A stretch of DNA of 64,000 bases from Ferruginibacter sp. Lineage in GTDB: Bacteria > Bacteroidota > Bacteroidia > Chitinophagales > Chitinophagaceae. Below the pieces are notes generated by a model, which searched no databases, was not told the origin of the DNA, and saw only the letters and a program-made list of their open reading frames with translations. The translations under genes and the position numbers were made by a program. Shown piece after piece: positions 51,600-61,748 of the stretch; position 1 is the first letter of the stretch, and every line of letters starts with the position of its first letter. The DNA lies in assembly GCA_039918155.1 (NCBI GenBank), contig JBDSIB010000073.1:15573-79572 (forward strand), read 5' to 3'.

Positions 51600-52130
51600 A
51601 TGACAAAAATTATTTACATAACATTTTTCTTAGTATTCATATCTATCACTGCCAGGCCTCAATCTGGCAATAATGATAAATTGATTGGCAAATGGATTGC
51701 TTGTAAAATAATAGATTCAACTGATATTGGTAATATAGGTCTTGAATCCCTTGATTCTTTCAAGGCGAGCGTAAAGGAAATATCAAAGAAAAAAATAAAA
51801 GATCTAAAAGGCTATTTACTTGACACAGTTAAAAACGAGGACAGGAAGTCTCAGTTAATTGAAAATTTCCTGACACCAACTTATAATTTGTTTCATGGCA
51901 ATTGGATTGAATTTTGCGATAATTCGACATTAATTGAACATGTAAATGTTATGAATGGAAAATCTGATAATTTGTTTAGGACTTTTGAATACGACCCTTC
52001 CACAAAAATATTAATAATGGACGAACATGGTATGTCTGAAAGTTTACGGGTATATATCATTTCCAGTGACTCAATGATTTTATCATTTTATTCCGAAGGC
52101 TTAAATTTATTAGTAAAACGGACCGAATGA
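51600..52130 (+). CDS. exported hypothetical protein (lipocalin-like)
   Basis: Signal peptide; KLIGKW motif. Confidence 0.55.
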   Translation: MTKIIYITFFLVFISITARPQSGNNDKLIGKWIACKIIDSTDIGNIGLESLDSFKASVKEISKKKIKDLKGYLLDTVKNEDRKSQLIENFLTPTYNLFHGNWIEFCDNSTLIEHVNVMNGKSDNLFRTFEYDPSTKILIMDEHGMSESLRVYIISSDSMILSFYSEGLNLLVKRTE

Positions 52131-52207
52131 AAATATTAGTGAAAAAACAACGGACTTCCGGAACTTTAGCGGCCCAGGATCGTTACACCTCTAACAAAAA
52201 TTAAATA

Positions 52208-52723
52208 ATGAATGTAATATTTTGCTCAGCCAAACTTGCGAAATTATTAAATATAAAAACCAAGGTTGAGGTAGCAAGCCTGGAAACTGCAACAAATATG
52301 GGGCACTGGAATGCTCATTTGTTTTACCACCAACGCAAGAAGTATATTATTTTCATGAATAAACTGAGTATCTATTCAGTTACCATTAACGATTATAGAA
52401 AAACCGATTTGCTTACCTTAAAAGTTTTATTTATAAAAGCGCTGGAGGCACAGTGTGAGTGGGACAAAATTGTATTGTCTAAAGAAACACTCAGACAGCA
52501 TTTTTCTGAAATTATATTTTCTACAACTGATAATGATAGATCAGCTATTGGATCATTAAATGATTTAATTTATCATGCCAAGGCTTCTTTGGATGGCGAA
52601 AGACCTTCATTTTATTTAACTGATCAAAACGAGATTTTGTTTAACATGAATAAAATGCCAATGTGGCCAATCAACGGTGAGTATCCAAACAAAAGATTTG
52701 TAACACTGTTTGAAGGTGTATAA
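52208..52723 (+). CDS. DUF6933-like hypothetical protein
   Basis: IFCSAKLAKL, GHWNAHLF..RKK, TTDNDRSAIGSLND, N..PM...YP. Confidence 0.65.
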   Translation: MNVIFCSAKLAKLLNIKTKVEVASLETATNMGHWNAHLFYHQRKKYIIFMNKLSIYSVTINDYRKTDLLTLKVLFIKALEAQCEWDKIVLSKETLRQHFSEIIFSTTDNDRSAIGSLNDLIYHAKASLDGERPSFYLTDQNEILFNMNKMPMWPINGEYPNKRFVTLFEGV

Positions 52724-52907
52724 ATTATCTCTTTTTTCTTTTCTCTCAACTTGAACGAGCATATATAGACATTTTATTAAATTGTAAATTTCGTTTCTTA
52801 ATTTACATTAACAACAGGTGTATACAATATCAAATATCCCAGCTGACAACAATGCATCTTATAAGTAATAATTTTACCGACGTCTTTTATATCTGAAGGA
52901 ATTAAAC

Positions 52908-53525
52908 ATGGAAAATAATAAAATTTGGAAAAGTGACGAAAAAGGCGATGACCGGATAATAGCTTACGGTAATGAAACTATTTACAAAGGCAATCCAAAA
53001 TTTAGTGAAATTGACAATTGCATCTTTCAATTGCAAAACACAAAAGATTCGCCTCCATCTCTTTTTGCAATTCCTCTGCGCTACATTGCGGGTATTAAAA
53101 TGCAGGAAAGTAAAAAGTATATCGAAGTTTTATTTAAGGGCGATACTGAACATTTGCGAATTAACAATGACAGATCCCGAAAAGCTGTATTTGACTATTT
53201 TAAGGAAACTATCCCTGGTGCTACTTACTCACTTATTAAATATTCTAAACTAAAGGCAGGAAAGAAACCACTTATAGCAATGGCTGTAATTACAGTTATT
53301 TTCTTATACACGTTGTATTATGCAATCGGTTATGATGAAGGAAACCAATATGATATTACAAATGGACACTATAATTCTATAACTGGTATTGCATTATCTA
53401 TAGCCTCATATGGAGTAGAAAAGACAGTCATAATTTTTGTGTTGCTTTTAGCAATTGCTATTTTTTCTTTTGTAAGAAAGGTAAGTGACCCGCCAGTAAT
53501 TGAACAACTTATTATAAAACATTAA
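52908..53525 (+). CDS. hypothetical membrane protein
   Basis: 205-aa ORF with two C-terminal TM segments. Confidence 0.65.
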   Translation: MENNKIWKSDEKGDDRIIAYGNETIYKGNPKFSEIDNCIFQLQNTKDSPPSLFAIPLRYIAGIKMQESKKYIEVLFKGDTEHLRINNDRSRKAVFDYFKETIPGATYSLIKYSKLKAGKKPLIAMAVITVIFLYTLYYAIGYDEGNQYDITNGHYNSITGIALSIASYGVEKTVIIFVLLLAIAIFSFVRKVSDPPVIEQLIIKH

Positions 53526-53618
53526 ATTCACTGAATATGCTTTAGTAGTTGCTGTCCCCACCCACCACGGCAAATGCACTTCGTTACACAATTCTAATTA
53601 AAAACATCGTAGAGATAT

Positions 53619-54023
53619 ATGAAAAAGGAGTTTGCAGTTAAAAGATATAATTTAATGAAAGAATTTATTTCGGAGGGCGTTTTGACAATTGAAAGTGAAG
53701 GGCCTTCAACATCTTTAACTTATACAGATTCGATCACTCAGGAAACTGCAACCGAATTATATCATCCAACAGCAGCACTCGAAACCTTAAGAAATAATTT
53801 AGAAACAAAGTATAAATCTATCCTTGGTTGTAATGGTTGTAGAATTGATACATCCTATAGACATACAGGAGGCTGGGGAACTTACATTAATGCTCAAGGT
53901 CAACAGGCAACAGAATCGCTGAATATATTTGAACCTACAGAAGAAATTTCCAAATTATGTACAGTAAAAGAACATCAGGCTGCTTACGAGATGTGGTTGA
54001 AAAGTCTTAAGAAAACAATATAA
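53619..54023 (+). CDS. hypothetical protein (immunity-like)
   Basis: 134-aa ORF; CNGCRID, NIFEPT..LCTVKEH.AAYEMWL. Confidence 0.6.
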   Translation: MKKEFAVKRYNLMKEFISEGVLTIESEGPSTSLTYTDSITQETATELYHPTAALETLRNNLETKYKSILGCNGCRIDTSYRHTGGWGTYINAQGQQATESLNIFEPTEEISKLCTVKEHQAAYEMWLKSLKKTI

Positions 54024-54144
54024 CCCCGGTTACAAAGCATTTGCTTTATTGATTGGTGTGCGCCTCAACCACAGCCATGGTAAAAGAATTCCTGTTGGTG
54101 GGAGAGCAACCGGCAAGAAAAAAAATCTTGCTAGTAATTGTTAT

Positions 54145-54696
54145 TTACTTCCCTAACGCTTCATAGTAAAGCGTAACTGCACCAGAATTAAAGATTTTAG
54201 TTTTGAAGAGTTTTAATAAAATCCTGTCGTTTAAATTTTCGAATAATGGCAATCCGTTTCCTCCTATAACAGGATGAATACACAGTTGCAATTCGTCTAT
54301 TAAATTAAGCTTCATCAATTGTATTATTAAGCTACGGCTGCCCACTAAGATATCTTTACCGGGTTGTTGCCTGAGTGCTATAACTTCTTCTCTAATTTCC
54401 TGATTTGCTAACTGTGCAGTTTGCCAATTTGTATTTTTAAGTGTATTAGAGAAAACAATTTTCGGAATATGGTTCATTATATTAGCAAAGTCATCCATTG
54501 ATTTTTCGCCGGAAGGCTTTTCCGCCAGCGGTCGCCAGTATTCCATAAGCTGATACGTTATTCTGCCATATAAAATAACGCCAGCGTTACTTAACAGCTC
54601 AGTATAATGATTGTGTAATTCTTCATCAGCAAGAATGGCTGTATGGTCGCAAAACCCGTCAAGGGTCATATTGATTGCTGCGATTACTTTTCTCAT
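54145..54696 (-). CDS. dihydrofolate reductase / RibD C-terminal family protein
   Basis: MTLDGFCDH, YGRITYQ, PKIVFSNTL, LIDELQLCIHPV..GNGLPLF. Confidence 0.9.
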   Translation of the reverse strand: MRKVIAAINMTLDGFCDHTAILADEELHNHYTELLSNAGVILYGRITYQLMEYWRPLAEKPSGEKSMDDFANIMNHIPKIVFSNTLKNTNWQTAQLANQEIREEVIALRQQPGKDILVGSRSLIIQLMKLNLIDELQLCIHPVIGGNGLPLFENLNDRILLKLFKTKIFNSGAVTLYYEALGK

Positions 54697-55207
54697 GATT
54701 TGTTTTTACTCGAGTGTATATTTGTTCTGTCGTCCTGCAATGCTCTGTTTTTTGGAATCCATGTTCTGAGATTACTTCATAGGGGTCACGATCAATTTGC
54801 GAACCATATATTTGTTTTTTTCCTTGCTGTATTAAAATTCTATCTTGAAGAAGGGCAAGTGCACTTGGGTTTGACTCATTTTCAGCTATAGATGCTTTAA
54901 GTAGTGGGAAATACTTTTCCTGAATTTCCAGCCGGGAATGTTGTATAGCAAGGAACACTGTATTATTGCCTGATCTTCCTACAAAACTTTTACCTGGCCA
55001 ACCATAAAGTGAAATTATCTTTTCAATTTGAACGAGATTTAAACTGTCAATTTGATGCATAAATTTTACTGAATCACCCTTAGTTCTGGTTTTTTGATCT
55101 TGTTCCAGAATTAACGCAAGCTGATTCTTTATAGAAATAGTATCGACTGATTGTGACAGCAATCGGTGTGAGACTAGAAATAGAAGAAATAATAAAATGA
55201 CTCTCAA
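54659..55207 (-). CDS. DUF6624-like protein, apparently C-terminally truncated or chimeric
   Basis: DQKTR, DSLNL..IEKII..YGWPG, IQHS, DRILI..GKKQIYGSQ, then an unrelated tail overlapping the next gene by 38 nt. Confidence 0.6.
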   Translation of the reverse strand: MRVILLFLLFLVSHRLLSQSVDTISIKNQLALILEQDQKTRTKGDSVKFMHQIDSLNLVQIEKIISLYGWPGKSFVGRSGNNTVFLAIQHSRLEIQEKYFPLLKASIAENESNPSALALLQDRILIQQGKKQIYGSQIDRDPYEVISEHGFQKTEHCRTTEQIYTRVKTNHEKSNRSNQYDP

Positions 55208-55363
55208 AAGCTTAATTTAATGATTAAACACGACGTTTGTATTCACACTAAAATACGCTTGTTCTTACAATCAACAATTTTTTGTACGTCGTTACCTGCA
55301 TCTTTAACATCATTCCTTACGGCATTTTTATTTCCTGTAAATTTACAGCAAATATGTTATTCA

Positions 55364-56095
55364 ATGTTTCGTCACAAGGGCAAAAGCAGAACATACATTC
55401 ATAATCTTCGGTTAGCTTCCATTCTTTCCTTTGTAGCTGGTATTGTAAATATTACCGGCGTGCTGGGTGTAAAAGTTTTGACGACAAATGTGACTGGTCA
55501 TTTTGCTTATTTTTCTGAAGATCTTTCCAATAAAAATTATAGTATTGCGGTCGGCTATTTGTTTTTTATCTTATCATTTTTGGCGGGCGCATTCGTGTCT
55601 AATTTTTTAATAGAAATAGTGTCGAGAATAAAGCCACAGGTTTCTCACGCTTTTCCGATGCTGATTGAAATAATTATTTTAAGCGTAGTTGCAGTATCAG
55701 CAAGTTCGGAACAGCTCTCCATTGTAGGCGGGCAAATAATAGCTTGTTTTTTATTGTTTGCAATGGGGCTTCAAAATGCTTTGGTTACAAAAGTTTCGCA
55801 GTCGCTTGTTAGAACTACCCATTTAACAGGCCTCTTCACTGACCTGGGAATTGAACTTTCACAATTATTCTTTTACCGCAAGGCTACGGAGTTTCATCAA
55901 TTATCCAAAAGTATTTATTTAAAACTTGCAATCATCGGATGTTTCTTTTTGGGCTGTATTGTCGGAGGATTTGTGTTTAGAAAACTTGCATTAGAAACTT
56001 TATGGCTTGCTTCGGCTTTTTTAATAATTGCTTTGTTCTATGATAATATTCTTTTTCAGTTTTATAATTTTAAACGGAGAGTGCAGTCGTGGTAG
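55364..56095 (+). CDS. YoaK/DUF1275 family membrane protein
   Basis: LSFVAGIVN, TTNVTGH, AMGLQNA, VRTTHLTGLFTDLG; start moved to MFRHKG. Confidence 0.9.
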   Translation: MFRHKGKSRTYIHNLRLASILSFVAGIVNITGVLGVKVLTTNVTGHFAYFSEDLSNKNYSIAVGYLFFILSFLAGAFVSNFLIEIVSRIKPQVSHAFPMLIEIIILSVVAVSASSEQLSIVGGQIIACFLLFAMGLQNALVTKVSQSLVRTTHLTGLFTDLGIELSQLFFYRKATEFHQLSKSIYLKLAIIGCFFLGCIVGGFVFRKLALETLWLASAFLIIALFYDNILFQFYNFKRRVQSW

Positions 56096-56153
56096 AAATT
56101 GTAAAATATTAATTTCGGTTGGTAGGGATACCAACCGATAAGCGAAAACCCCA

Positions 56154-57134
56154 TTACATCTTAATCACAATTTTCCCTTTAGCCCTGCCGGTTGCCAACT
56201 GTAACATTGCTTCAACACTTTCAGAAAAGGAATACACTTTATCAACGATTGGTTTAATTTCCCCAGCTTCTATCATTGATCTTAGCTGGCCTAATTGTGC
56301 GCCATCCGGATGCATCCAGATATATTTGTAAGTAGCATCTTTGCTTTTGATCAATGCAGTTAATTCTTCCGGCATCTTATAATCTTTCATTCCCATATTT
56401 TTTGCAGCTTCTGCATCTAAAGGCCCCATAATGCTGACGACTTTACCAGCTTGTTTTATCACTTTGAAAGCATCCATCGTATATTCTTTACCAAGCGTAT
56501 CAAATACAATGTCTGCATCCTGTACAATGGTTTTGTAATCTTCTGTTTTGTAATCAATCACACGGTCTGCACCGAGGTCTTTTACCCAGTCAACATTATC
56601 AGTACCGGTAGTAGTATATACATAAGCGCCTTTTGCTTTTGCATATTGAATGGCTATACTACCCACACCGCCGGAGCCTGCATGTATAAGTACGCTGTCA
56701 TTTTGTTTTATTCCAACAGCTTCTAAAGATTGTAAAGCAGTAAGGCCTGCCAATGGAATGCCAGCGGCTTCTTCAAAAGAAATGTTGGTAGGTTTTTTTT
56801 ATACAGCACTACTCACTACAGCAACAAACTCAGTGAGTGTGCCCATTTGTTCCTGCGGTACTCTTGCATATACCTCATCGCCCACTTCAATATTATTTAC
56901 GTCCTTTCCTTTTTCTGTTACAATGCCGCTTACATCATACCCAAGCGTAGCCGGCAACTGCAGCGCAAGGATTTGTTTTAAATGTCCCTGCACAATGCCT
57001 TTATCTATGGGGTTAATGGCAGCAGCCTTAATTTCGATAAGGACATCCTTTGCCTGAAAAGTTGGTTTGGTTACTTCATTAAATGCCAGGCTATCTTTGA
57101 GGTCGGCGTATTTTGTTACTTGTAGTGCTTTCAT
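56154..57134 (-). pseudogene. NADP-dependent (MDR/quinone) oxidoreductase with one in-frame stop
   Basis: ORFs 56799..57167 and 56154..56753 are in the same frame, reading ..SSAV-TAA-KKPTNISFEEAAGIPLAGLTALQ..; AGSGGVG motif. Confidence 0.85.
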
Positions 57135-57213
57135 CTTTTTGTATTTATTTGTTATATCATCATACAAAAATGAAGCCTGTCTTTAAACATAAAATTTAAC
57201 AGCGGAGACAAAA

Positions 57214-57597
57214 CTATTTTTTTGCCGGAGTGGTAAAAGATACCAATGCAAATAGAATTGCAAAAATGGAATAGAGTATGGCGGCTATTAAAATAATTTT
57301 CATATCAAGGTGGTTGACCGCCGCTTTTGCAAGTGCCAAACCTGCCACAGTAAAGTGTAAAAAATTACCAAGACAAAGCGGTTTTGCATAGATGCCGCCA
57401 ATCAAAACTGTTTTTGCCATAAAATTCAGAATAGCAAAACCGAGATAGAGTGCACCGGTGATCTGTATAAGCAGGGTAGGAAGAACAGTTGAATTTAACC
57501 CAACATAATCTAATATCTCCCCAGGTAAAAATGTTGCTGAAAGCCCGAGCAGTGCCATGAATATTGAACTTGCGATCATTAAGTATTTTGTATTCAT
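57214..57597 (-). CDS. hypothetical 4-TM membrane protein
   Basis: 127-aa hydrophobic ORF; GGIYAKP..GNF.HF. Confidence 0.75.
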   Translation of the reverse strand: MNTKYLMIASSIFMALLGLSATFLPGEILDYVGLNSTVLPTLLIQITGALYLGFAILNFMAKTVLIGGIYAKPLCLGNFLHFTVAGLALAKAAVNHLDMKIILIAAILYSIFAILFALVSFTTPAKK

Positions 57598-57714
57598 AGT
57601 AAGTTTGTATTTTATGTCAATTTACCCGTTTGCATTTAGGCAGTAGAGTTACCACCTCAAATTGTTATTTTATCGTCTAATTAAAATGGAATATTTTCAG
57701 GGGACATTACAATA

Positions 57715-58263
57715 CTAGCGGTCTGGCTTTTTAGTTTCAAATTCCTTCCTGTCGATTTTATACCAGTTATGTCTTACCCCTTCGTGATCAAATATTTCTA
57801 TAAATTTTAAGCCTGTTTTTTTTAATACTCTGTTGGAGCCGGTGTTTTCACAATCAGCCCTGGCAAAAACTTCGTTTACATTAAGTATGTTAAATGCATA
57901 TTCTAAAGATGCTAAAGCTGTTTCTGTTGCAATGCCCTGTCCCCAAAACCTTTTATTAAGCCTGTAACCAAGGTCATAATAATTAATATGCCTGTTGGTT
58001 TCTTCTGTTACAAAATCGAGCCCGGTCCATCCAATAAATTCATTTGTTTTTTTGTCAATGATTGCCCAGCGTCCGATCCCGTTGTCAATATATTTCTTTC
58101 TTACAAAATTTATGATGTCAATTATCTGCTCTTTGCTTGTTACAGTTTTGTTTCCTAAATATTTATGAACTTCGGGGTCTGAGTGAAGTTCAAACATTCC
58201 ATCTATATCTGTGGGAAGAATTTCTCTTAAAATAAATCTTTTTGTTTCAGCAAATATTTTCAT
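57715..58263 (-). CDS. GNAT family N-acetyltransferase (RimJ/RimL-like)
   Basis: ETKRFILRE, FIGWTGL, LGYRL..FWGQGIATE, NTGSNRVL. Confidence 0.9.
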   Translation of the reverse strand: MKIFAETKRFILREILPTDIDGMFELHSDPEVHKYLGNKTVTSKEQIIDIINFVRKKYIDNGIGRWAIIDKKTNEFIGWTGLDFVTEETNRHINYYDLGYRLNKRFWGQGIATETALASLEYAFNILNVNEVFARADCENTGSNRVLKKTGLKFIEIFDHEGVRHNWYKIDRKEFETKKPDR

Positions 58264-58348
58264 TGGTTGAAATGTTTTTTTATTTAACAACTGCTATTTT
58301 ATTTCCAGTTGCTTTTTTTACTGTAATAACCTATCTTTTAATTTTTAT

Positions 58349-59104
58349 TTATACTTTGCCAATTCCTCTTCCCAGTGTGAAGCAAAAAAAAATGAATAAC
58401 AGAAAAACTGAGAGATTAAAAATGAAGTAGGTTCTCATTTTATAATTGGTAAATTTTATTTTTTCTTTTATTGAAATAAATATGATCGGAAGGGAAGCAA
58501 TCATTTCCATTAAGCCTTCAAAAGCAGCATGTATTCTATCATTGCTAAAAAACAAACCTGCAATTACAGCTGCGGATGCTGCAGCAAACCATGAACAAAG
58601 AATGCTTTGCCTTAAAGGAAATTCTGGAAAATGAATTCTGATCTTATTTAGAATGACCGTTACTAGCTTTATAGAAAAAACGTAAGCAACGATGCCTGTA
58701 ATTATGAGCAATGGTTTTGCAAATGTGCCTATATTGAATTGCTGTATTAAGTAAGTCCAATCACCAGTCTTACTAAAGCTTGATTGTAAAATGGTGCCGG
58801 AAAACCAAAAGAGGTTATAAGACATTAAAGTAAACAGCAAAAAAGCTAAAAGAGCTGAAAGATCCTTTCTCATTAGAACAAAGAGATAGAGTAATAAGCC
58901 AAAGAGTAAATTAGAAATTGGTCCACCGATATCAGTAATAAAACTACCGGAGCTACTTTTAAAATAAACGGAAGTTAAAAGATTAATTTTATCGCCAAGT
59001 AGTAAACAGGTTCCACCATGACCAAGCACTTCATGAAATGTATCTGCGAGCATGTATGCAAAAACACCGATAGATGATAAAGTGATTGCTTGTTTAAATT
59101 TCAT
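58349..59104 (-). CDS. multi-pass membrane protein with M50-like zinc motif
   Basis: FHEVLGHG, GGPISN, GDW; many TM segments. Confidence 0.6.
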   Translation of the reverse strand: MKFKQAITLSSIGVFAYMLADTFHEVLGHGGTCLLLGDKINLLTSVYFKSSSGSFITDIGGPISNLLFGLLLYLFVLMRKDLSALLAFLLFTLMSYNLFWFSGTILQSSFSKTGDWTYLIQQFNIGTFAKPLLIITGIVAYVFSIKLVTVILNKIRIHFPEFPLRQSILCSWFAAASAAVIAGLFFSNDRIHAAFEGLMEMIASLPIIFISIKEKIKFTNYKMRTYFIFNLSVFLLFIFFCFTLGRGIGKV

Positions 59105-59169
59105 TTATTTAATTAGAAGGCTGCCGAATATAATTTAGTTTATTTACTCGTTACTCTATTTACTTTCTC

Positions 59170-59868
59170 TTACTTTTTACGTTTCAATGTTTTCTTAATA
59201 GCAGCAACTACCAAAGCATCCATTATTTTATAACCCTCTAAAGTAGGATGTACTCCGTCTTTGGTATATCTTTTATCCAAACCTTTTTCATCATCAACCA
59301 TGGCAGGGTAGTAGTTTACATAGGTAAGGTTATTTTTTTTTGCATAAGTTTCGAGCATCGCATTTAAGCTGATCACTTTTTCAGCTGGCTTTATCTCTAA
59401 CCGCCATGGAAAAGTATTTGCAGGCAATACAGAACAAAGAAGTACTTTAATATTATTTGCTTTAGCCAGTTCGGCCATTGACACTATATTCCCGAAAACA
59501 GCTTCTAAAGTTATTGGGCCAGTGTTTTCTGCTATATCATTTATGCCAGCTAAAATCACCACTGCATCAGGTTTCAGGTCAATCACATCTGGCCGAAAGC
59601 GAAGCAGCATTTGTGGAGTTGTTTGTCCGCTGATGCCTCTGTCAATAAATTCTCTATTAGCAAAGAAACTACTATCTGCTCTTTTCCATCCTTCAGTAAT
59701 GGAGTTACCCATAAATACCACACGCTTTTCTGCGGGCATTTTTGGCGGTAAGAGTTTATTGGAGTCAGCATATTTTTTAAGATTTGGCCAGTCCATTTTT
59801 GCCCGGTCATCCTGGGCGTGCGCTGATAAATAAAAAAAAGTGAGGGATAAATAAAAAATTTTTTTCAT
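59170..59868 (-). CDS. SGNH/GDSL hydrolase
   Basis: FMGNSITE, RGISGQTT, AGINDI, DGVHP; start moved to MKKIFY. Confidence 0.93.
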   Translation of the reverse strand: MKKIFYLSLTFFYLSAHAQDDRAKMDWPNLKKYADSNKLLPPKMPAEKRVVFMGNSITEGWKRADSSFFANREFIDRGISGQTTPQMLLRFRPDVIDLKPDAVVILAGINDIAENTGPITLEAVFGNIVSMAELAKANNIKVLLCSVLPANTFPWRLEIKPAEKVISLNAMLETYAKKNNLTYVNYYPAMVDDEKGLDKRYTKDGVHPTLEGYKIMDALVVAAIKKTLKRKK

Positions 59869-60012
59869 TACAATAGATTTATGTGCTTCGAAAATTACAT
59901 TGAATGTTTCATAATTTACTATCAATCTTTATAGCAAAAATTATAATTATGTATAAAAAAATGTTGCCGATATTCAAATCTAAAAATAAATATCTATACT
60001 CTAAGACTATTG

Positions 60013-60522
60013 TTATACATCACTTAGTTTAAACACTTCTAAAATTTCCCATTGCCCACCATCCACCTGCTTAATAAATGAAATATTATCAAAGGTTAAA
60101 AAAGATGGTAATTTGGTTTCCTGAATTTTCTTAAAAATCTCATCTGTACAAACTGAATTTCTAGGGTGCATTAATGTAATGTGAGGTTCATGCTGCCGAA
60201 GAGCTAAACCCAGATCAGCTAATACTTTTAAACGGAGTTGCTGAAATTGTTCATTATCGCCCAAAGCCGGAAGTAGAACTCCTGAGTCATTATTAAATCT
60301 TATCGGCGGACCAAAGTGAATTGTTATTTTGGTTGTATTAAGCTTTTGAAGATTATTAAGAACAACGTCAATATTTTCAATATCATCTTCCCGGCACAAC
60401 GTAACGTGGCTGTCAATTAACCCGTATTGAAGTGAATTAAATGCTTTGCGGATATTTTCAATGCTGTCTGCATCTTTCCTGTCCACAAACAGCGTTAGTT
60501 GTCGTCTTATATTTTTATTCAC
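60013..60522 (-). CDS. 2H phosphoesterase (2'-5' RNA ligase family)
   Basis: Two HxT motifs: HVTL and PHITL. Confidence 0.85.
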   Translation of the reverse strand: MNKNIRRQLTLFVDRKDADSIENIRKAFNSLQYGLIDSHVTLCREDDIENIDVVLNNLQKLNTTKITIHFGPPIRFNNDSGVLLPALGDNEQFQQLRLKVLADLGLALRQHEPHITLMHPRNSVCTDEIFKKIQETKLPSFLTFDNISFIKQVDGGQWEILEVFKLSDV

Positions 60523-60587
60523 TTTTTTAAAATAAAATTAAGCTAAACAGGTATAGCGTTGCCACCGCTCAATTATCGTTACTGTGG

Positions 60588-61112
60588 TTATTCTTTTAAA
60601 TTTAAAAACATTTGGTAATTGTCATTAAAATGTGCGTCTGTAACTTTAAACTGGTGGATTCCAATTATTTTAAACCCAGCCTTCGCATAAAAGCTAATTG
60701 CTCTTTTATTTTCTACCCAGGTAAACAGCCATATGCCGGATTGCTGATGTGCTTTGCAGAATTCGATATTAGCTTTTAAAAGTTGAATCCCTAGTTTAAG
60801 ACCGAAATATTCTTTAAGTAAATAAATGCGGTCTAGCTTAGTAGTGTGTTGCTGTTCAATATTGGGATGTACCTCGTTTAAAACTATTTTAGAGAATCCG
60901 ATAGGAGTGTTATTGTAGATAATAATGTGATAAATATTTTCACTGTTTTTTAATTCTTCTTTAATGGCCTCATTGTTATAATTCTTTTGCAGGTATGCTT
61001 TCATATCTGCTGCCGGGCTACTGTCCCGGTGCGTTTCTTCTACTGCTATGTTACCAATGCCTGCAATTGTTTTAAAGTCTTGTTCTGTCGCTCTTATAAT
61101 AGAGATCATCAT
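60588..61112 (-). CDS. GNAT family N-acetyltransferase (PaiA-like)
   Basis: LDRIYLL..YFGLKLG, IWLFTWVENKRAISFYAKAGF. Confidence 0.9.
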   Translation of the reverse strand: MMISIIRATEQDFKTIAGIGNIAVEETHRDSSPAADMKAYLQKNYNNEAIKEELKNSENIYHIIIYNNTPIGFSKIVLNEVHPNIEQQHTTKLDRIYLLKEYFGLKLGIQLLKANIEFCKAHQQSGIWLFTWVENKRAISFYAKAGFKIIGIHQFKVTDAHFNDNYQMFLNLKE

Positions 61113-61196
61113 TAGTTCTTTTTAAATAATTGCAGCACACAACTGTTTTAATTTAGGATGAGGGTGGAAGATGTGCTGAAATTAATTGAATGCTGC

Positions 61197-61673
61197 TTAG
61201 CCAACCGGTTCCCAAAGCTCTACTTTATTTCCTTCTGCATCCAGAATATGTACAAACTTTCCGTAATCATAGCTTTCTATTCTATCAACAATGATTACGC
61301 CATTCTTTTTCAATTCTTCCACAAGGGCTTCCAGGTTTTCAACCCTGTAATTTATCATATAATCTTTTGTGGAAGGTTCAAAGTCTTTGGTGGTTTCAGC
61401 AAACGGCTGCCATTGTGTTTGTCCCTTCTTTGTGCTATCCGCTCCTTCATACCATTCAAAAGTTGCGCCGCCCCAGGCATTTGTTTCTAACCCAAGGTTT
61501 TCCTTATACCATTCGGTCATTTTTTTTGGGTCTTTACATTTAAAGAAGATGCCACCAATGCCGGTTACTTTTTTCATTGTTGAATTTGTATTTGTTGTGA
61601 TGATTGTTTTAAAAGCGAAGCCAAGACAAAAAGTTGCCGCAAGTACTAAAGGAATTAAAATTGATCTTTTCAT
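61197..61673 (-). CDS. VOC/glyoxalase family protein
   Basis: KVTGIGGIFFK, MINYRV, YGKF..DAEGNKVELWEP. Confidence 0.9.
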   Translation of the reverse strand: MKRSILIPLVLAATFCLGFAFKTIITTNTNSTMKKVTGIGGIFFKCKDPKKMTEWYKENLGLETNAWGGATFEWYEGADSTKKGQTQWQPFAETTKDFEPSTKDYMINYRVENLEALVEELKKNGVIIVDRIESYDYGKFVHILDAEGNKVELWEPVG

Positions 61674-61748
61674 TGTTGTCAGTTAAGATATAAAGTGAAT
61701 GTAAGAAACAAGCGAAAGTTTTTGTTCGATAGCAACTTTATTTATTAT

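Noticed and set aside
56790-56801. Programmed frameshift or phase variation at the A8 run
   Set aside because: Both halves are in the same frame; the lesion is a stop codon, not slippage
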